From a virus (lineage: Duplodnaviria > Caudoviricetes): a stretch of 37,491 nucleotides of DNA. The translations under genes and the position numbers were made by a program. The notes beneath the pieces were generated by a model. That model had not been told where the DNA came from. It did not search any database and saw nothing but the letters and a program-made list of their open reading frames with translations. Of the stretch, positions 34,678 through 37,491 are shown in pieces; the stretch's first letter is position 1; each line of letters opens with the position of its first letter. The stretch is from IMG/VR virus record IMGVR_UViG_3300045837_000178, positions 1 through 37,491 of that record; one strand, written 5' to 3'.

Positions 34678-35360
34678 CCGTAGCCGTCCGCATCCAGGCG
34701 CACCCGCGACGCGCGGAGCTCGCCGGCGAGCTGCTTGAGTGCCTCGACGGGGCGGAGGTCGTCTACGACCCCGACCCGGACGGCCCGCTGTCGCCGTGGC
34801 GCACCTACCGGGCGTGCCTCGAGGACGGGGTCGCGGCGGGCGCATCGCACGTCCTGGTCGTCCAGGACGACGTGGTCGTGTGCGGCCACCTCGTGGAGGG
34901 CGTCGAGCGGGCGGCTGCGGCTCGCCCCGAGGACGTCCTAGCGTTCTTCGTGCCGGGGAAGCCCGCGAAGTACGTCGCGGCCGTCGACCAGGCGCGCGCC
35001 CTCGGCCTCTCCTGGGCCGTCCTGACCCTTGGCACGTGGATCCCGGTCGTCGCGACGCTGTGGCCGGCCGACCTCGCGGCGCGCCTGGTCGCCTGGTACG
35101 ACGAGCAGCGCTACCGGTACTTCGTCGCCGACGACGAGATCGCGGGCCGGTTTCTTGCTTCCGTGGAGCGGCCCCCGCTCGCGTCGGTGCCGTCGCTGGT
35201 CGAGCACCCCGACACCGTGCCGTCGGTGATGAACTCGCATCGCCGCGGCGGCGACGGCCTCGACCCTGGACGACGCGCCCACCTGTGGGTCGGCGACCTG
35301 CCCGAGCTGGGCTGCGACGCGACCGCGATCGACTGGACGCTCGGGCCGGCCCCGTCGTAG
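34674..35360 (+). CDS. Actinophage-type glycosyltransferase (start uncertain)
   Basis: QAHPRR, VLVVQDD, DDEI, PSLVEH. The nearest canonical start is GTG 34611, inside the upstream gene. Confidence 0.7.
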   Translation, partial: VAVAVRIQAHPRRAELAGELLECLDGAEVVYDPDPDGPLSPWRTYRACLEDGVAAGASHVLVVQDDVVVCGHLVEGVERAAAARPEDVLAFFVPGKPAKYVAAVDQARALGLSWAVLTLGTWIPVVATLWPADLAARLVAWYDEQRYRYFVADDEIAGRFLASVERPPLASVPSLVEHPDTVPSVMNSHRRGGDGLDPGRRAHLWVGDLPELGCDATAIDWTLGPAPS

Positions 35361-35394
35361 ACTCGCACGAAACCCCCGAACGGAGGCCACACAC

Positions 35395-35766
35395 ATGAAG
35401 ACCCTGCTCAGCCAATCGCTCGCGGAGGCCGTCGAGGCCGACCCGTCGTCCAGCTACCCCGAGATCATGGTCTCGATCGCGACCGGCGACGGCGCGAACC
35501 CCATCACCGACGTCTCCGCGAAGATGCTCGGCTCCGACGTCGAGGGCGGCTCTGGCAGCGCGACCGTCGACGGCTTGCTGAACCCGAAGGGCGGCCTCAT
35601 CAGCGTCCTGAAGTTCAGCGGCGGCGTCCCCGTCGCCGACATCGTCGACACCGCGCACATCACCGCCGACGGGGTCCTCGACCCGGGGGTCGACGTCGGC
35701 GGCGACGTACTCCTGATCATCTGGCAGATCTCCGCCGGGGACCCCTGCGTCTCGCGGGTCCGCTAG
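35395..35766 (+). CDS. Hypothetical protein, possibly head decoration
   Basis: RBS GGAGG; 123 aa. Confidence 0.6.
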   Translation: MKTLLSQSLAEAVEADPSSSYPEIMVSIATGDGANPITDVSAKMLGSDVEGGSGSATVDGLLNPKGGLISVLKFSGGVPVADIVDTAHITADGVLDPGVDVGGDVLLIIWQISAGDPCVSRVR

Positions 35767-35859
35767 AACCCGTCCGCCGATGGCCCTAGGATGGCCGTCG
35801 AGTCGTCTACCCAGACTCAGAGGCGGGCGGGCGTCCTCAGGCCCCGCCCGCCTCGGCTT

Positions 35860-36462
35860 CTAGGGGAGCGACGGCTGGAAGCGGTGGCACCAGCGGCGGT
35901 GGCCGCCGACGCTCCCGCACAGGTCGCACGTCCGGTTCGGAACCTCGACGCGGCGCAGGCTGCGACGGAACCCCTGCCGGATGCGGTGGTCGCCGCCGAG
36001 CTCGTCCAGGGGGACGCTGTTCGCGGGCAGGTCGCGCAGCCCGCCGCGCGCCTCCGCGCCGGCGATGGTGTGGCAGCGGCGGTGGACGGGGTCGCGCTCG
36101 CCGCGCAGGATCAGCCGCAGCGTGACCGGCACCCGGTCGAGCTGCCGCTCGAGCTCGCGCCAGATCTTCGCGTCCTTGCCGTTCGGCTTGTGGCCCTCGC
36201 GCCAGCGGGCGACGGCGAGCGCGACCGTCGTGCAGTCGGTGTGCAGGACGACCTGCTCGCCGTCGGGGACGACGCGGAGGCCCTCGATCGCCGCCCGGAT
36301 CTCCATGCGGACGTTCGTGGTGTCGGGGACGCGCCCGCGAACGACCTGGCCGTCGCTCCCGTGCTCGACTACGGCGCACCAGCCGCCCCAGCCGCCGACG
36401 CCGCGCGGAGCCTCGCGCAGCCCGTGCTGGCAGGAGCCGTCGCACCATACGTGCCAGCTCAC
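35860..36462 (-). CDS. Ribonuclease HI-like protein with C-terminal Zn-knuckle
   Basis: WCDGSC, GGWCAV, TTNVRMEIRA, LHTDC, IWREL; C-terminal CDLC..GHRRWC. Confidence 0.85.
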   Translation of the reverse strand: MSWHVWCDGSCQHGLREAPRGVGGWGGWCAVVEHGSDGQVVRGRVPDTTNVRMEIRAAIEGLRVVPDGEQVVLHTDCTTVALAVARWREGHKPNGKDAKIWRELERQLDRVPVTLRLILRGERDPVHRRCHTIAGAEARGGLRDLPANSVPLDELGGDHRIRQGFRRSLRRVEVPNRTCDLCGSVGGHRRWCHRFQPSLP

Positions 36463-36722
36463 GGTCGCCTGCCGAGGGCGCGCTCGTACGCGGCGGCGCT
36501 GACCCAGTAGACCGTCGGCGACGGGTGCTCGGCGGCGGCGCGCAGCCGGTCGCGCTCGCCCCCGTCCTCCTGCAGGCGCGCGAACAGCCGGTCGCGCGGG
36601 TCGGCGTCGTCGTCGCGGACCCGGACCGTAGCCACGCGACTCACGGCGGCGCGGCGCATCTCGATAGGGATGTCGGTGAGGCGGAACGACCGAAGCCGAC
36701 CCGCCCCGGAGCGGTCAGCCAT
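36459..36722 (-). CDS. Hypothetical protein
   Basis: RBS GGAGG on the minus strand; GTGA overlap with RNase H. Confidence 0.55.
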   Translation of the reverse strand: MADRSGAGRLRSFRLTDIPIEMRRAAVSRVATVRVRDDDADPRDRLFARLQEDGGERDRLRAAAEHPSPTVYWVSAAAYERALGRRP

Positions 36723-37015
36723 CGTCGGGCCTCCTCTCGAGGGGTTGGGCTAGAGGGGGAGCGCGGGTAGCGCTCTAGACCCCTGCGCCCGCCGCCTGCT
36801 TCCCTCGCAAGGATCCCGCCGCTCGATTGGGCCGACGCGCCCGGCCTGGCCGCCCTCGGCCGCGTCGAAGCCGCTCGACGTGTCGGTCGACTTCGGCAGC
36901 CACGGGTAGAGGACGAGGACGGGGACCACGGCCCGGCGAGCATACCGTGGAGGGCCGACGGAGTCGACCCGGCGGATTCGCGGGCGGCGCGTGGTCTACT
37001 ACGGCGCAGCGGATC

Positions 37016-37059
37016 GAGCGACATAGCCGCTCCCCCGTCAGCGAGGCGACATAGCCGCC
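37016..37059 (+). repeat. Twin hairpins with identical ACATAGC loops in the capsid leader
   Basis: GCGACATAGCCGC at 37018-37030 and 37046-37058; stems GAGCG/CGCTC and GGCG/CGCC. Confidence 0.8.
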
Positions 37060-37119
37060 GAGCGCAAACCGAGTAGTTCGCACCACTCAACCTGCGTTCC
37101 GCATAGGAGGCTCGTCGCG

Positions 37120-37491
37120 ATGGATCCGCTCTTCCAGATTCCCGAGGACATCGGCGCACTCGACGCCGACGCCCTCCAGCAGTTCATCGAGGAGACGACC
37201 GCCCGCCTCGGCGAGGTCGGCGCGTCCCCCGAGAAGTTCGTCACGGACGACCGTCCGTTCGACCAGCTCAAGGCCGAGGTCGAGGAGGCCGTCGCGTCGG
37301 TGAAGGCCGCGCGCGAGGCGCTCGCCAAGCTCGAGGCCGAGGAGCCCGCCGAGCCGGAGGCCCCCGAGTCGGAGGCCGCGACGGTCGAGGAGGCCGCAGC
37401 CGAGGCGGAGACCGGGACCGAGGCCGACGAGGCCGCGGCCGCCGAGATCGCCGCGCTCGCCAGCGAGGCCGCGGCCGAGGAGCCCGCCGAG
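37120..37491 (+). CDS. Major capsid protein with N-terminal scaffold domain (truncated by window end)
   Basis: RBS AGGAGG 37105-37110; MDPLFQIPEDIGALDADAL.. coiled-coil, then Glu/Ala-rich linker; position after the protease. The capsid domain itself is not visible. Confidence 0.65.
   Translation, partial: MDPLFQIPEDIGALDADALQQFIEETTARLGEVGASPEKFVTDDRPFDQLKAEVEEAVASVKAAREALAKLEAEEPAEPEAPESEAATVEEAAAEAETGTEADEAAAAEIAALASEAAAEEPAE

Noticed and set aside
1003-35658. Many long minus-strand and alternate-frame ORFs (e.g. 1003-2514, 4610-6337, 23841-26444, 28768-31521)
   Set aside because: Arg/Ala/Pro-rich shadow frames of high-GC genes with no recognisable motifs.
1-37491. Stop-codon reassignment (TAG is frequent at gene ends)
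   Set aside because: TAG and TGA fall at expected family C-termini, long genes have no internal stops, and no suppressor tRNA is seen.

Overview
Very GC-rich, almost entirely plus-strand segment of a tailed phage or prophage. An actinobacterial host is inferred from the portal/protease/capsid family style, a Gram-positive-type LexA box and many leaderless TANNNT promoters. Gene order: four Y-RNA-like ncRNA units, Ro60/Rsr (TROVE-vWA), terS/terL, then about 18 kb of accessory genes (muramidase-like protein, papain-like peptidase, four glycosyltransferases, SAM methyltransferase, NDP-sugar epimerase, GNAT, ASCH, MazG-like, DUF1360, holin-like, initiator-type tRNA-Met). These are followed by portal, MuF carrying an inserted 2H-phosphoesterase domain, capsid maturation protease, AAA ATPase, a fifth glycosyltransferase, antisense RNase H and the start of the major capsid gene. 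The strongest novel signal is non-coding. The four units upstream of Ro60 share the motif TGGGCCGGAG..GGTTA and each has a candidate -10. Unit 1 contains a complete circularly permuted tRNA-Thr(UGU) that still has its anticodon loop and CCA. A second permuted tRNA-like element directly follows tRNA-Met. Several single-base homopolymer frameshifts may be sequencing errors. All family calls come from motif recognition by eye; no searches were run.
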